DNA of 64,000 nt, taken from assembly GCA_018398765.1 (NCBI GenBank), contig JAHBMJ010000388.1, forward strand, positions 1 to 64,000. Reading direction: 5' to 3'. This document shows positions 12,931 through 26,353 of the stretch, in pieces. This DNA is from Chromera velia. Its lineage: Eukaryota. Positions within the stretch are counted from its first letter, which is position 1; the number at the start of each line of letters is the position of its first letter. The notes under the pieces were generated by a model, which had not been told where the DNA came from, did no database searches, and saw nothing but the letters and a program-made list of their open reading frames with translations. Made by a program: the position numbers and the translations under genes.

Positions 12931-13317
12931 CTTTGAGGCTAGGCGTTCATGTTGATGAAGCTGCGGCGACAGACAGCGACCAAGAGGGCTTGAGATACTC
13001 TGTAAGAAGCACGGAGATTAACATGCTAAGGAACACCCAGCAGGAAAAATTTGCGAAAACGCCGGAAAAGTAAGCCCTAGAGTATCTCCCACATGTGGTC
13101 TTTTTCCGCCTTAAAGTTTCAGGACCCCAAAAACTCGCTCACCATTTCATGAGGAGGCTTTCACTCAGGCCCTTACTGACCTTTGGCAACCCCCTGCGGA
13201 GCCTGTCCATATGAGTTTGTTGAGCAGCAGCCTCCGCTGCTGTCATTTTGTAAGAGAAGCCCCCAAACATTTCAGGCCTCCCGTGATCATACCTGTGTTT
13301 GTTCATGTGTCATCCAT

Positions 13318-13440
13318 GCATCCGTCTATTCATCCATCCATCCATCCATCCATCTATCCATTCATTCATTCATTCATTCATCCATCCATTCATTCATTCA
13401 TTCATTCATTCATTCATTTTCTCCATTCATTCATTCATTT
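13318..13440 (+). repeat. (CATC)n/(CATT)n microsatellite
   Basis: Direct inspection. Confidence 0.95.
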
Positions 13441-13754
13441 TCTGGAGAAGACAAATGGTGATTCATTGCCTCGATTAGCCGTACGTGTAATTTGTCTGAA
13501 GCCAAGGTGGTGATGCAAGCATGCATATTCGACATGCATGTTTACGGCCTGTGACGGCATGTCTCGAAACTGGAAAAGGTAAAGTCCGAGGGAAGCAAAG
13601 CATCAAAGCGGCTGTGGGCTGCAAACAAGCGGAAAGAGAATGGAAGGGCGGGAGCGGGCGGGAGAGGAGCCAAGAGGCGTAAAAATTCAATTGAATTCAA
13701 CACCTGGAAAAGCTTGCGCGTGTATGTATGAGATTAGCTCCAGACAGCCGTTGC

Positions 13755-16700
13755 TCACTTTGCACTCAGCAGCCTGTCGCTCTCGTCCTCGCCTGCAGCT
13801 CTTCCTGTTGCTGCGTTTGCCATGTATCCCCTTTCTCTTTCGGCTGGTGCAGGGATCGGTACCATCATTTCGTCCAGAAACTCCACCTTTTCGTCCAAGC
13901 CAGCGACTTCAACCCCACCCTCCGCCTCTTTCTCGGGACGCTCGAAACGCTCAAGAGGCTGTGCAGAACAGAGTGGTAGAAGAGTTCGAATGACTCAGAA
14001 AGAATATCACGTCAGATGTCAGATGAATCAGGGAACGGACTGATGTGCACTGCAGTTGAGGGGCGGTTGCCACTAAATTATGATAGACAAAACAGAAGAC
14101 TGATCGAATGCATTGAAGTTCGATCTAAGTTTCCACTGTATGCATGACGCAGAAAAGGGCAGAAGAATTTGTTCTCAATGTAAAGAAAGCAAGACGAACG
14201 CAAATAAATACACAAGTGAACGACTGACAGAAATGGGTGTGTACCATCCCTCTGCGTTGCCGAAGAAACTGAGAAGGGAAGGGAAAACCCTGAGTAATGT
14301 CAGCGCAAACCTTCCACACCTTCCAGGATGGTATTGCTGCTTTTGTGCGGAGGCGTTTTCCCGCTGTCTCTCCATCCGGCAGACAGACCAGAGAGTGCAG
14401 CAGACGAAGAGTGTGAAAATCAAGGGCCAGATGAAGAAGCGCAGGAGGATCATGATCCCCACGCAAAACATCCATTTCACCACCATCTCCCCCGATTCTG
14501 CAATCACAAAGAAGAACAAACATATTCATTCAGATGCATGCGAACGCAATACACTTCCGGAAAGCCACTCGTTTTCATTCAACAATCAGCATTCCACTCC
14601 AGCACAGTTAAACCGTCAAAGGGCAGCAGAGCTAAACAGAGGTCAATGATTCGACATTCTTCTCTCTCTCTGGGCCAGTCGCTTTAAATCTAATCAGATT
14701 TTCCGACCTGTGAGCGTGTAGTGGAAGAGCCAGAATGTGCACCCGGCGTCGATGCAAAGGAGGAGAACGATACCGACCCCAGACCGCACGCGCCATTGGC
14801 GAATCCAGGTAAGCTTCTTGTCAAAGTCAATGTGTTCAAAGACCAGCTGCAAAAATTCATGTGCGTGAGACCTGATTGTGTGAGGCCCTGACCACTTACT
14901 TCAGCGTCTCGTTTATCCTCTTTGCTTAGGATCACTAAGGGAAAGTCTCACTTTCAAGTACACATCTGCCAGTTACCCTCAATCTGTTCCTCGTCCCCCT
15001 TTGAAAGTCGCAACTGAAGCTACGTACGTGTCTTTTTCTTACAGGACCGTTCCCTTGAGTCAGCAATGGTCTCTACAATCGTAGCAAACTGCACATTACA
15101 TCACATTACCTGGATCAAATGCTCCCTCATTTAGATCTATTGCACTTTTCGTGTGAATTCATGCACGTATACATGTTGGCCATCGCACTGAAGCCCACCC
15201 TTTTGTTGAAGAGTTTGACGAACAACAGCGCAACGACCGAAACCATGGCAGTGGAGACGAATGCCCAGACGACAACATCTGAAACCCACGCAGTGCCTCC
15301 GCGCATAAACGCCTGCATGCACCCATTCGAATATCCAGCCATCCATAGATTGATTCTCCACCCATCGATTTTGGAATAATTGATGAAGCCAACAACATAC
15401 ATACACTGTCAATAACCACAGAGGCAAAAGAGGGCGGAGACGCGACCGAAGGATGTGTGTGTCATTGGCATATGAAGGAAGCCGTCCACTCCTGGCATCC
15501 AATCTCCTCCACTCTCGTCGCGTGACTTGGAACAACGCGGAGAATCCACTCTGCGATTTGACTCCAAAAAGCACAGCCCCCTATCCGACACTTTTGTGGC
15601 CAAATCAGTGCATGCGCACTCGTGCTCTGAGTGGCGAAGCGACGCATGTTGAAGAGTCACACCGAAGAACTGTGCTGGGATGGCAGAAAAAAAAAGGGAA
15701 ACAAACATGTATGGATAGGCGAAAATGCCTCTTGGCAAATAAGGAAAGAGAGCAAAAAGCGAGGAGCGCGAAAAGAGAGAGAAAGAGAAAGCTTCGTGAA
15801 AAAACAAACCAACCAAGTCTTGCGCTTTGAACGTTGTCGTCTCCCCCCACTGGGTCGGCCATCCTTCGAAAAAGAGAGAAGCCACAGCGGCAGACAGCAG
15901 GAGACAGGAAGCGGACAGCTGCAAGAGGAACGCAAAAAAAGTATCGTCCGGAAACAATCAAAAGGCTTGGGAAAAGCGGGCAAGAGCTGGAAACTCCCCC
16001 CTGAAAGCAGGGCTCCTACGGCTCGAGAGCTTGAAACAGTTCCTTCCAAACAGCTGGAGCGGAAAAGTCTACAGGCACTCGACTGGCCCTCTGCATTGGA
16101 ATCATTTTGGCTGGTATGCCAAACCACGGCCAGGACTAGCTGTACAAATGTGAGTTGAAAGCACTGCCTCAGGCCTTCTTCACCTCAAAGCCCCTGAGCG
16201 TGTTTTAATTGAAAGCTCCAAACACACACCCTTCCCTTCTCTGCCACGATGCCTTTTTCTTGCTTGCGATTGGTGTCCCACCTTGCCGATTTCGGTGGCC
16301 GCGATGTGGGGCCGGGGGTTCCCGATAGAGAAGAAAGGGTGCACTCGGCCGAACATTCTGTACAGCACTGCGTACCATTTCCATCTGCACGAAAGAAACA
16401 GCATACTCGTATGCATGGAATCAGTCCCTAATCAAAGAGTCGGCATGGTTGCTTTCCTTGCCATCGACCATTCTAAAGTTTCGTTCCAGAAACTGTTTTC
16501 TGCCCGTCAAAACTGAGGGTGCCTCCAGAAGAAAGAAGAATGGCACGGGAAGCTCTAAATCTTCATCCGCACAACAGAGAGAGACGGGTGCAATCAGTGA
16601 GCAACTCATTCAAATTTTCTCGTGCGCTAGCTTCGCAGTCTTTCGATCCAAGTATCGCTGTCAGCATCCCTCTCACGAAGCCATGCACTCACGGGTTCAC

Positions 16701-17851
16701 TCGCACACTCACTTCTTGACAACGCTGGAAATTGTCCGAATTGTGATGAACATGGGGAGATCGTCTGTCGAGAGCTCTACTGGCTCCGCCCCCGTCTCTC
16801 GCTGCTTTCTGGCCATCTGCTTTCGCATTGTAGGAGAGCGTTGTGCAGCTGAAGACCCTGCGACTTCCGGAGGGTCGACGCCGTTCCGAGTTCCTACTCC
16901 CGTCTTTCCGATCGTCGCAATTTTGGGTCGTCTTTCATGTGATTTCCCCCCTGCCTCTGAGCCTGATTCTGTGCCATCGTCGCTTTGTGCTTCTAGAGCT
17001 TTCAGATTCAAGACGAAGGCTCCTTCCTTTGTATAGGATCGGTAGAAGAGATCTTCCAGGGGATTCACCTGAAGAGAGACAGACGAACAGTTTAAGGGAG
17101 AAATACAAAAGAGAGAGAAGGGGCAAGCGAGGAAGATGATTTGAGAAAACGGAAGGAAAATCGTGTGGGAAGCAGCGTGATGTTGGAGGATAAGTAGACC
17201 CTGTGAGGGAAGGTCGTTAAAATTAGTAGCGTAAAGGGAGAGACAGAAGCGGATAAGAGGGAGATCGGAAGGGGAAGAGAAAGAGAGAGCGTGGCAGAGA
17301 TGTATATGAAAACGAATTTTGATAATGTTCTCTCCGACAGACTCACTGACCTACCGGTCTTTTGTGTTTGCGCGGACTGATATCAGAGCTTCTTCTACGT
17401 GAGCCCCTTCTGCCCCTTCTGGCCGCCTGCCTGGCAGCTTCTTCTGCTTCTGGATCCTCTCCGTCCGCTCCTTCGATCGCCCTCCTCTCGTCTGCGTCTT
17501 CTTCGTCCTCCTGATTGACAGCCTCTTCCAGTGCCTGCATGCAATCAAAGATTAATTGACCTCTCATGCATGGGAAACATCTAAGAATTATTCACAGCTC
17601 ACGTGGTGATTCAGCGCACAAACATAGAATGAAGATCAAGAACCACTGGACATAAAACTGAGATGGCATGCATCGAGTTTCTCTTCTTATTGCGATACAG
17701 ACGCTAGCCAAGACAGGTAGACTGCATGGGATTCAGCCGGCAGGATCGGGCAGGCAGGCAGGCAGGAGAAAGGAGCTGAATTAAAGAAAAGATTTTCTCT
17801 GACGACCTCAGAAAAGAAAAAACTGGAGACGGACTTTTAGATGTGCTCGCA

Positions 17852-17890
<39 letters not shown>

Positions 17891-19388
17891 ACACACACAC
17901 ACACATACACACACACACACACACAGACTCTGACAGAAAGAAAGGCGCAGGGAGATATCAATGCAGAAAATCTGGGAAGAGATTACAGAAGGAATTAGAG
18001 GCAATAGAGGAGAGTAGACCTTTCCAGGTTGATCTGCTCAATCAAAACCGCATACAGCTACTCTTTTGGCAACGACATTCATGTTATGAGACGTATCACG
18101 ACACCCACTCATACACGCACGCAGAGCTTCACGAACACCTGAATGAAGGTGCAAGTACGCGAAGATTGATTTGATTGATGCTGCCGGGTTGACACACTGA
18201 CTGACCTTGCGGGTGAAGTCAAGTGTCTCCTCGTCCCCCCACATTGCACAAGACGCTCTGCCTGTTTCCATTGCTTCACGTACAATTGTCTCTGCATCTC
18301 TCTTCGGCCTCCCCTTTTCGTCAATCGAGGACACATGTTGTTGAGGTGCCGGGGCAGTCTTACGAGCCCCCTTCTTGATGGAAGAGGGTATGCCAGCGGA
18401 CCCTGCTGGCTCCATCCAGACCGGCTGTTCCTCTTCTTCTCTTCGTTCATCTCTCTCTTTAAGACTCTCACAAGAGTTTCTTTCGAGACATCGGAACCCT
18501 GGAGGTAGGGGAGATAGAGAAAGGGCCGACTGTGCCTCTGATTGCTGCTGCTGATCCTGCTGTAAGGCTGCAAGAGGAGCAAGGGCGGAGTGCATTTTTG
18601 AAACCGAACAATCATTTGCAGGGGGCGGTGGGGCATTGGTGGATTGCTCTTCAATCTCTTCTTCTATTTGAGAAAGCCCGACAGACAGGACACTCTCCCG
18701 TCGAATGTTTTCGTCCGCCGGTATGGGATCAGGTACAGTAGAGAAGTTTTGGGTCCGAACGGCCCAGTTCAGTTGGACTGCAGAGGCGTTCTCTGGTTGT
18801 TCCTCGATGTCCTCTTCAATGTTGCTTAGTTGAAGCGACACCGAACTTCCCGATCCCCTCCCTCTATGCCAGTTGATGTTCTCTTCTACTGTGTCTGCTC
18901 CCGCACTTACAAGGTTGATCCTCTGCGCGTGCATGTCAGCATTTGTTGCCGGTCTGAAAGACCTTTCCTTCGGTACCTGCACACACCAGGGAGAAAAGAC
19001 TACCAATTTCTTATCCTTCATTTTTGTTTCAACGAGAGATGCCATGGCCACTAGTCACACAGAGTGGCGGTGCTGGCTTGACAAATTTCTTTGTGAAACG
19101 AGAAGGAAGAGAGGTTTCTTGAGCTTTCATTTTTCATATGGCCAGAACAATACTCAATCACCAGATTGTGCTTATTCTACTGTTAGTGATTCTTCTTGGT
19201 CTGCGATTGCTTGATTCTAAAAAGCTACAAGAGAAGAGACAGTCAAACAGATAAATAAAAGACACAAAGAAAGGATGGAAGGAAGGGAGGCATGCAGACA
19301 CGCAGGCAGGCAGGCAGGCGGAAAGAGAGAAAGAAACTAAGGTGAAAAAGAGAAAACAAGAAAACGACGCAAAGAAAGAGAAGAAAAA

Positions 19389-19427
<39 letters not shown>

Positions 19428-20902
19428 AAAGAAAAGAGGAATGACACACAGAAGAAAAAAAAGGGAGAAAGTCAGGAAGACAGAAAAGAGAGAGCTTTCG
19501 TTCCTTCCTCATTCATTGACCTGAAGGCCCGGCAGCACGACGGAGGTGGGCCCTGCAGTTTCCACCCCTGCCTTATCTCTCTGTGACACACGGTCTCCGT
19601 CCCCACCCTGGCTTTCTTCGCTTCCTTCGCTGTCTTCCTCGTCGTCGTCCAGGACCATCTGCAGTCAATTACACCTCATGCAGAAGTCGCGCGTCATTAT
19701 TCATTTGTAGCACAAACAGACAGAAGAACCACTTAATTCAATTTCACTGAATTGTAGAGAAATTGCATGACAGAAGAAGAAGCGATACACACAAAGATTT
19801 GAGTCTCGTACCGATGCCTCAAATGAGCTTCATGCTTGTATACGGAGCGTGCAGATATTGAGAATGAATCCGGGTTGAACTGGTCGCCCGTTCAGAAGAA
19901 GTGGAGGGGGCAGTTGCAGTCCCAAAATGCAAAGCAAGAACGAAAGACGTGGTCTCTGGAGTTTTTGAGCTGCCAGTTTCAAGAAAACAAGGGAATGGTG
20001 AAACAACGATGGATGCCACAGAGGCTTGATGCTTTGCGAGACAATTCAACAAAACTTGGGTGGCTGTGTGTGTACAAACCTTGAGGTCGTCCCTCGTTCG
20101 GACAAACTCTTCCTCCCTTGTTTTCATCACGGGGGGAGCTTGAGAAGCTGAGAATTTGAATCCGACGGAACCTCCCTCGAGGTCATTGCTGTCTGAAAAG
20201 GAGCTGTCGTTATCGTCTCCATCCTTTCTTCCATTTTTTTCCTTCTTGGCCATCCAGGTCTGCTGTCTCGTTCGCATCTTCAGGAGCCCCAGCTTCTCCA
20301 TCACGCCTTGTTGCCGAAGTTCCTGCACGGCCCCCGGTCCGGGAGGGAAATAGGAGAGAAAGGAATTTAGGTGGGAGGCTCGGGTTGCTTCCGTCTATTG
20401 GGAGAGTCACTTCTCCTGAAGCTCCTCAATCGATTCATCCGTACACGAACAAGCTTTTAAGAAAAGAAAACTATTTCAAGCCAAGTGCAAAGCGGAAAGC
20501 AGCGGGCTCTTCTGAGCCCCTGAGAGATCATAGACGGATCGGTAAGGGAAGCGATGAGAATCTCTTTCCATGGTTTGCTTCATTCATCTATCCATACAAT
20601 AAACTTCGGCCTCAATTGAACAGCGACGGGTCTTTCTGTGAGACATCGATCAGTGCTTGAATGTATTAAATTTTCTTCACGCACCTCATCCCGGTTGTAG
20701 TGGAGGAAGAGCGTGGGGTCCTCCTCCCAGTCGTTCACACACAACTCGGGGTAGATTAGAGAGGTCGCAAGGAGCACCAAACGACCAACCTGCAGAGTTG
20801 CACAACCTTTGCTGAATGAAAGAAAGGGACTAGAAACCCACAACGGGAATGGAAATGGTATACAGATGTACATGCGCGATTTTGCTTGGGGATGGGAGTA
20901 AG

Positions 20903-20941
<39 letters not shown>

Positions 20942-20965
20942 CGAGAGAAAGAGAGAAAGAGAGAA

Positions 20966-21004
<39 letters not shown>

Positions 21005-23557
21005 ATAAAGAACGATGTGGAATGAGGCAGGCAGGAGGAATGGAAGGAGGGAGAGAGTATTGCAGAAGCGAAAAAAAGCTGACTGTGAGACTGCCGTGCG
21101 AGCGATGCTTCTTCAGCCCAGACACTCAAATCAAAGGACCGACTGACTGACCTGGTTGTTGGCAGCTGGCTTCAGGGTGAAATCTGGAAGTTCCGCGAAC
21201 AGCCGGAGCTTCACAAGCCGAGCCCTCCATGTAATGATGTGCGACACGAGATAGTCACAGATCACCCCCCAGACAACGAAGAAGAAACAGAAGAAGACGA
21301 GAAAGCACAGGGTGAAAAACCCGTAGGAGTCTTCTTTTATCTGCAAACAGACATGAAAGGTCCTTTCAATATGTCCCAATCCTTCCAACGCTTTCACGTA
21401 CAAGCTGTCTAGAAAGAGAGAGCAAGTTGTTCTGTGAATGTACGGACGGACAAAGGAGACGAAAGCGTGATCGAAGAGACGGAAAGACACAGAACGCAAG
21501 CTAGGTTGGTGGAACAAAGTCCCAACCAACTTCATCGGAGGGAGGCCCACCTTTGACAACTGGTCGAAGTTCACTTTTTTGGGGACGAACTTTTTCGGAA
21601 CTCTCTGCAAGAATGGAAAAGGTCATATATTAATAGCCACAGTAAGCAGGAGCAGAAAAAATGCCTTGCTCAAAAAGGTCTGGATCGTGCAATCCCGCCA
21701 GCTGGACCAGCCCGTTGTGCCGCAGGAATCCACTTCTACAGCCGCTCCTCCCCAAAAAGAATGCTTGGCAGGGGTACGTGCGCTGATCCATTCAATGATT
21801 TTGGCACTCTCTCAGACTGACGGCTAGTTCGCTAAATCGTGCCAAACACGGCCAAACAAAGCGATCAAGAAAAGCTGAAAGAGAGAGAAAGAGGACCAAC
21901 CGTTTCCTCAACGAAGGCGCCAAAAGACGAGAGGTGAGTGCACTCACACGTCACACAGGCGCTGTCAAGCGATGAGTTTCCAGATGACACAGTCGCGTCG
22001 GAAACGTTGCACCCTGAGGTCGACCAACTCCCTGAGCTTTCTCGGTATCTGCATATGAGGCAGGGTAAGTAAGGGTGGGCATAGACATAGGTGTGTTACT
22101 AATGGAAGACAGTGGCATGAAACAAAGGAATAAATTGGTGTGCATGCATGCGACCGAGATACCTGTTTGGAAGCGATCAAAGCAGTAGAAAAATGTACCA
22201 CAAATGGAATTTGAAGCGATAAAAGACGGATGAGCAGCGAGACAAACGAGCGAGTCTGTTTCCCTACTGACCTGCACGTGAGCAGGGGGCTCTCAATTTT
22301 TCGATTGCTGTTCAGAATTTCTTCCCTGTAGATGTCGTTTGCCCGCGGGCAGAGAGTGAAGGAAAAAGTATCAGACGTGTCAAGGTTCGAAATCTCTGCC
22401 TCGTCGAAGATGGACTCATCGCTCTGCAAAGCAAACAGGCACACAAACAAATGGGCAAAGAAAGACACGGGATAGTACATGCTTCTGAGAAACTAGCTGT
22501 GGATTCAAATCTTATGAGAAATCAATAATCTTTGAGTTCTTTCCATACAGTGTCGTGAATTTCCATCCTTCATGCCAAAATTGAATGCAAAAAGTGAAGA
22601 GCTAGTGAAAGAACGCAGGGGCGATCGAATGCAACACAAAAAAGACATCAAGCGCAGTATGATCGATGCAGGGAGAGAAAGGAAAGGAAATGCCCCCGGA
22701 GTGCAGACACGTCTTTCTGAAACTCCACATGGTCAAGAGTCTTGAAGGAAACAAAAACAGACACTTCTTTTGTGATGGCTCTTTGTCAAGGCAAGTAAAG
22801 TGCTTCATCCCACTTACTGTTCTCGGTACTGTGACAGAGAAAAGTTTCTTGCCGGATCTTTCAAGAGGCTCCGAAGAGGCCTCGACCCTGAAGAGGAAAA
22901 GTTTGTGTTTCTCAATCGAGTCACGAGCAAACGCGCGGTAGTTGGTTGATCTGCATGGAACCATTCACGCATCGGTCATTCCGACCTTGAATTGGCGACG
23001 CGCAAACTCAACTCGCTTTCCGATCGCAGCAGCGGGATCTGGTGGAAGTTGCTCGGCGGTACCGAATGCAAAAACGGAAGGAGGACATGGAAGAAGGGAA
23101 GCCGTTCAATGTCAAAAACAGTGGGGAGGATCCGAAAATACACCTGAGCGTTCAGGTTGACTGACTGACTGGCTGACTGACCAACCTTGCAAGTCTGCTC
23201 GCGTCCACAAGAGTGGAAAGAAACGCGGTCCGATTCTCAGTGGCCGGGGTGAGGAGAATCGTCGAGACATTTTGTGCAGTGAAATTGTAATATCTGCAGG
23301 GCAGCATGCAAGGGGCAGAAAACAGTGCCACGGAGCATCATAAGCACGCTGAAGAAAGATTGAGAAGGTTCTACGACTTCTTTTTTTTTTTTCTGAGACT
23401 TTCTGCACCATTCTTTTACTCTCCTGCTTTCCTCTATCCGTGTGACTTAAGAAACAATATACACCGAGAGAGAAACACGTGACTTTTCTTTGTTTCTTTC
23501 CTTCTTCTTCTTTCTTCAGTCCTTCTCGTTTTGATTTCCTTCCTTCCTTCCTTCGTT

Positions 23558-23588
<31 letters not shown>

Positions 23589-24703
23589 GCCTACCTTTCT
23601 CTCTCTCTCTTTCTCTCTTTCTCTCTCTCTCTCTCGCTCTTTCTTTCTTTTCTTTTCTTTTCTTTCTTTTCGCTCTTTCTTTCTTTCTTTCTTTCTTTTC
23701 TTTCTTTCTTTCTTTTCTTTCTTTCTTTCTTGCTTTCTTTCTTTCTTTCTTTATTTTTTTCTTTCTTCTGCTCCCTCCCTCCCCCCCTCCCTCCCTCCCT
23801 TTCTGCCTCCCTCCCGATCTTGGCGCACTTGAAGGAAGTCAAATACGGGTCGAAGAGAATGTCGATGTTGGAAAGGACGAATCCCTCTGCTTCCCTGTTG
23901 CTCTTCACGCTTGATCCTCCCGCCGCATCGATCGCGGTCTCTAGGGAGCTGGGAAGACGGACGGACCCCGGGCCAACGGGACGACCGCCGCTCTGCTTTG
24001 CACCCTCCCGTGCTTGGCCGTAAGAAAAAGAGTTGTACTGCAATGTTTGCAGATGTATTGGTTAATCCAGCAGATAATGAATCTTCTCGGCACTTCGTCT
24101 TCCGCGGGCCGTGAAGTTCATTCAGCGACGCAGGAGAGGCCGGGAAGGACAGGGATGTCAGAGATTAGATCCAAATGCCAATCTTCTTCAAAGAAAAAAA
24201 ATAAAACCAGAAGAAAAATACAGTCTGGCTTCACTATTCTCTGCTTCCATTCATTTTTTGGGACTTCCTGACTTGATCCAGCCCCGTCCCACATGTCTGA
24301 TCTGAGGACACGGAAGGGAACAATCTAACGCGAAAGAGAAACATGCAAACGCAGTCACGCATCTGGACGGACGGACCGATGCCAATGAAACAGAAAAGAG
24401 TTCTCCCGTGAAACTTCGAGATCCCGCTTCCTGCACGAACACACAAATGAAGACACATACACATTCACATACAGATGCAGATGCATGCGTTCATGAACAC
24501 TCCAACATATGCATGCATACTCGCACACATCTGTACGCAAATATACACAAGACACATAGCGCGTAAAGATGCATGAAGGTACGCAAACGCTCTCACATGT
24601 GCGCACGAATGCTCTCCCTCCCTCTCACGCGGACAGAGATCCCTCTTTCCCTCCCCCACATACAGACACCCATATAAGATACATATGTGCTCACACACAC
24701 TCA

Positions 24704-24748
<45 letters not shown>

Positions 24749-26319
24749 GAAAAGATGCATACAGACATTCGTGCATGCGAAACCACATTAGGAGGCTCGA
24801 TCACCGACGTATACTCGCACAGGCAGACATGTATGGACAAATGAATACATGTATGTATGCATGCACACATACATACACCACAAATTCATGCACACGTCTG
24901 TACCAGAATGTGTCCACAGGAATATGTGCGACGACGAAAGGCCACAAAAATCTGCTGGTCGTGCAAAAAACTGCAAGTCATGCTGCGGCAGCACAAAACA
25001 TGGAGGAAAGAAAGCAGAGACTCTGCAAGACCACTTTTTCTTTCTACAGGCAGGATAGGATGAACACGCACAAAGTTCCAAACCGCCCTCGGCAGCCGTT
25101 CACTTGTGTCAATCTTCTTACTGCGTCACACACAGCCGAAGCAATGATCGACGCTCCCCCCGCCACCAGGAGTACGTTTGATTGGATTCCTACGTAAGGA
25201 TGTTGCTGAATACCAGGCCTCCGGTGAAGTTTCCATCCGTTCATCCATGTATTCCGTAAACAAACAAACAAACAAAGAGAGGGCAAACCTGGGCGTCCTG
25301 CTGCATGCCGAGTCTTGCGGTCGAGACCAGACTCTCGATTGAGGCGAAAACGGAGTTCGAGAAGGGCCTAGGATCCCCAAAGTCGCTCGTTGTCGTTGAT
25401 GTTGACTGCAGAATTCTTGCGAGCCCTCGTGCTCTGTCGTCGTCCTTCTGCTCGACTGCGGCCTTCAGTTCACGAAGGAGCCGCCTCCTGTTGACGTAAT
25501 CAAAGAGAGACTCCTTCATCAACGATTCCAAAACACCCAAAAGCGTCTTGGCAGATCCGACTGGCATCTGCAGAAAGACGGGAAGAGAAAAGAGGGCAGA
25601 ATGAGCTTTGCTATTTGCGTGCTGGAAACAAATTGCACTGTACAGGACGACTGCTAGGTGACAAACCCAGCCCTCCTCCTTTTAACTTTCATGTTCCATG
25701 TCTCCCTCACTCACCCCTACTTGCTTGACCAGACAAAGCTTTATAAATCGAGGTTTTTCTTTCGTTTCTGGTCTTGTCTTTTGTTTTGTGTTTGGGCGGG
25801 CTTGTCTTTGGTTTTTGTTTGGGCGGATGGATTTGCTTCTTTCTTTTTCCCAAAGAAAAAAAGAAGCGAAAAGGCAACCCAACAGACAAACCTGGTAGAG
25901 AAGCCTCTGGCCATTATTTTCTAGGTACAGATCTTGCTGGCTCTTCAATACTGTTCTCTGCACAAAGAAAACAGAGATAGATAGAGGACAGCACAGGCAT
26001 CACAGACATCGACGGGGGGCGGTGTGTAGACATGAAACGAACCTGAAGATGTACACAAGGATGCATGTGTTGATGTGTCGTTAGAAAGGAAACATCAACT
26101 GCAATGTTTATTTTGACGACTCCGACGAATGGGACCTCTGGGCAACTTCTCTTCTTTCTTTCTTTCTTTCTTTCTTTTTTTCTTTCTTCCTTGCTTCCTT
26201 CCTTCCTTCCTTCCTTTCTTCCTTCCTTCCTTCCTTCCTTTCTTTCTTCCTTCCTTCCTTCCTTCCTTCCTTTCTTTCTTTCTTTCTTTCTTTCTTTCTC
26301 TCCCTCTTCCTCTCTTCCC

Positions 26320-26353
<34 letters not shown>

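Noticed and set aside
13640..13993. Plus-strand 117-aa ORF
   Set aside because: Antisense to the probable terminal exon of the minus-strand gene; no motif.
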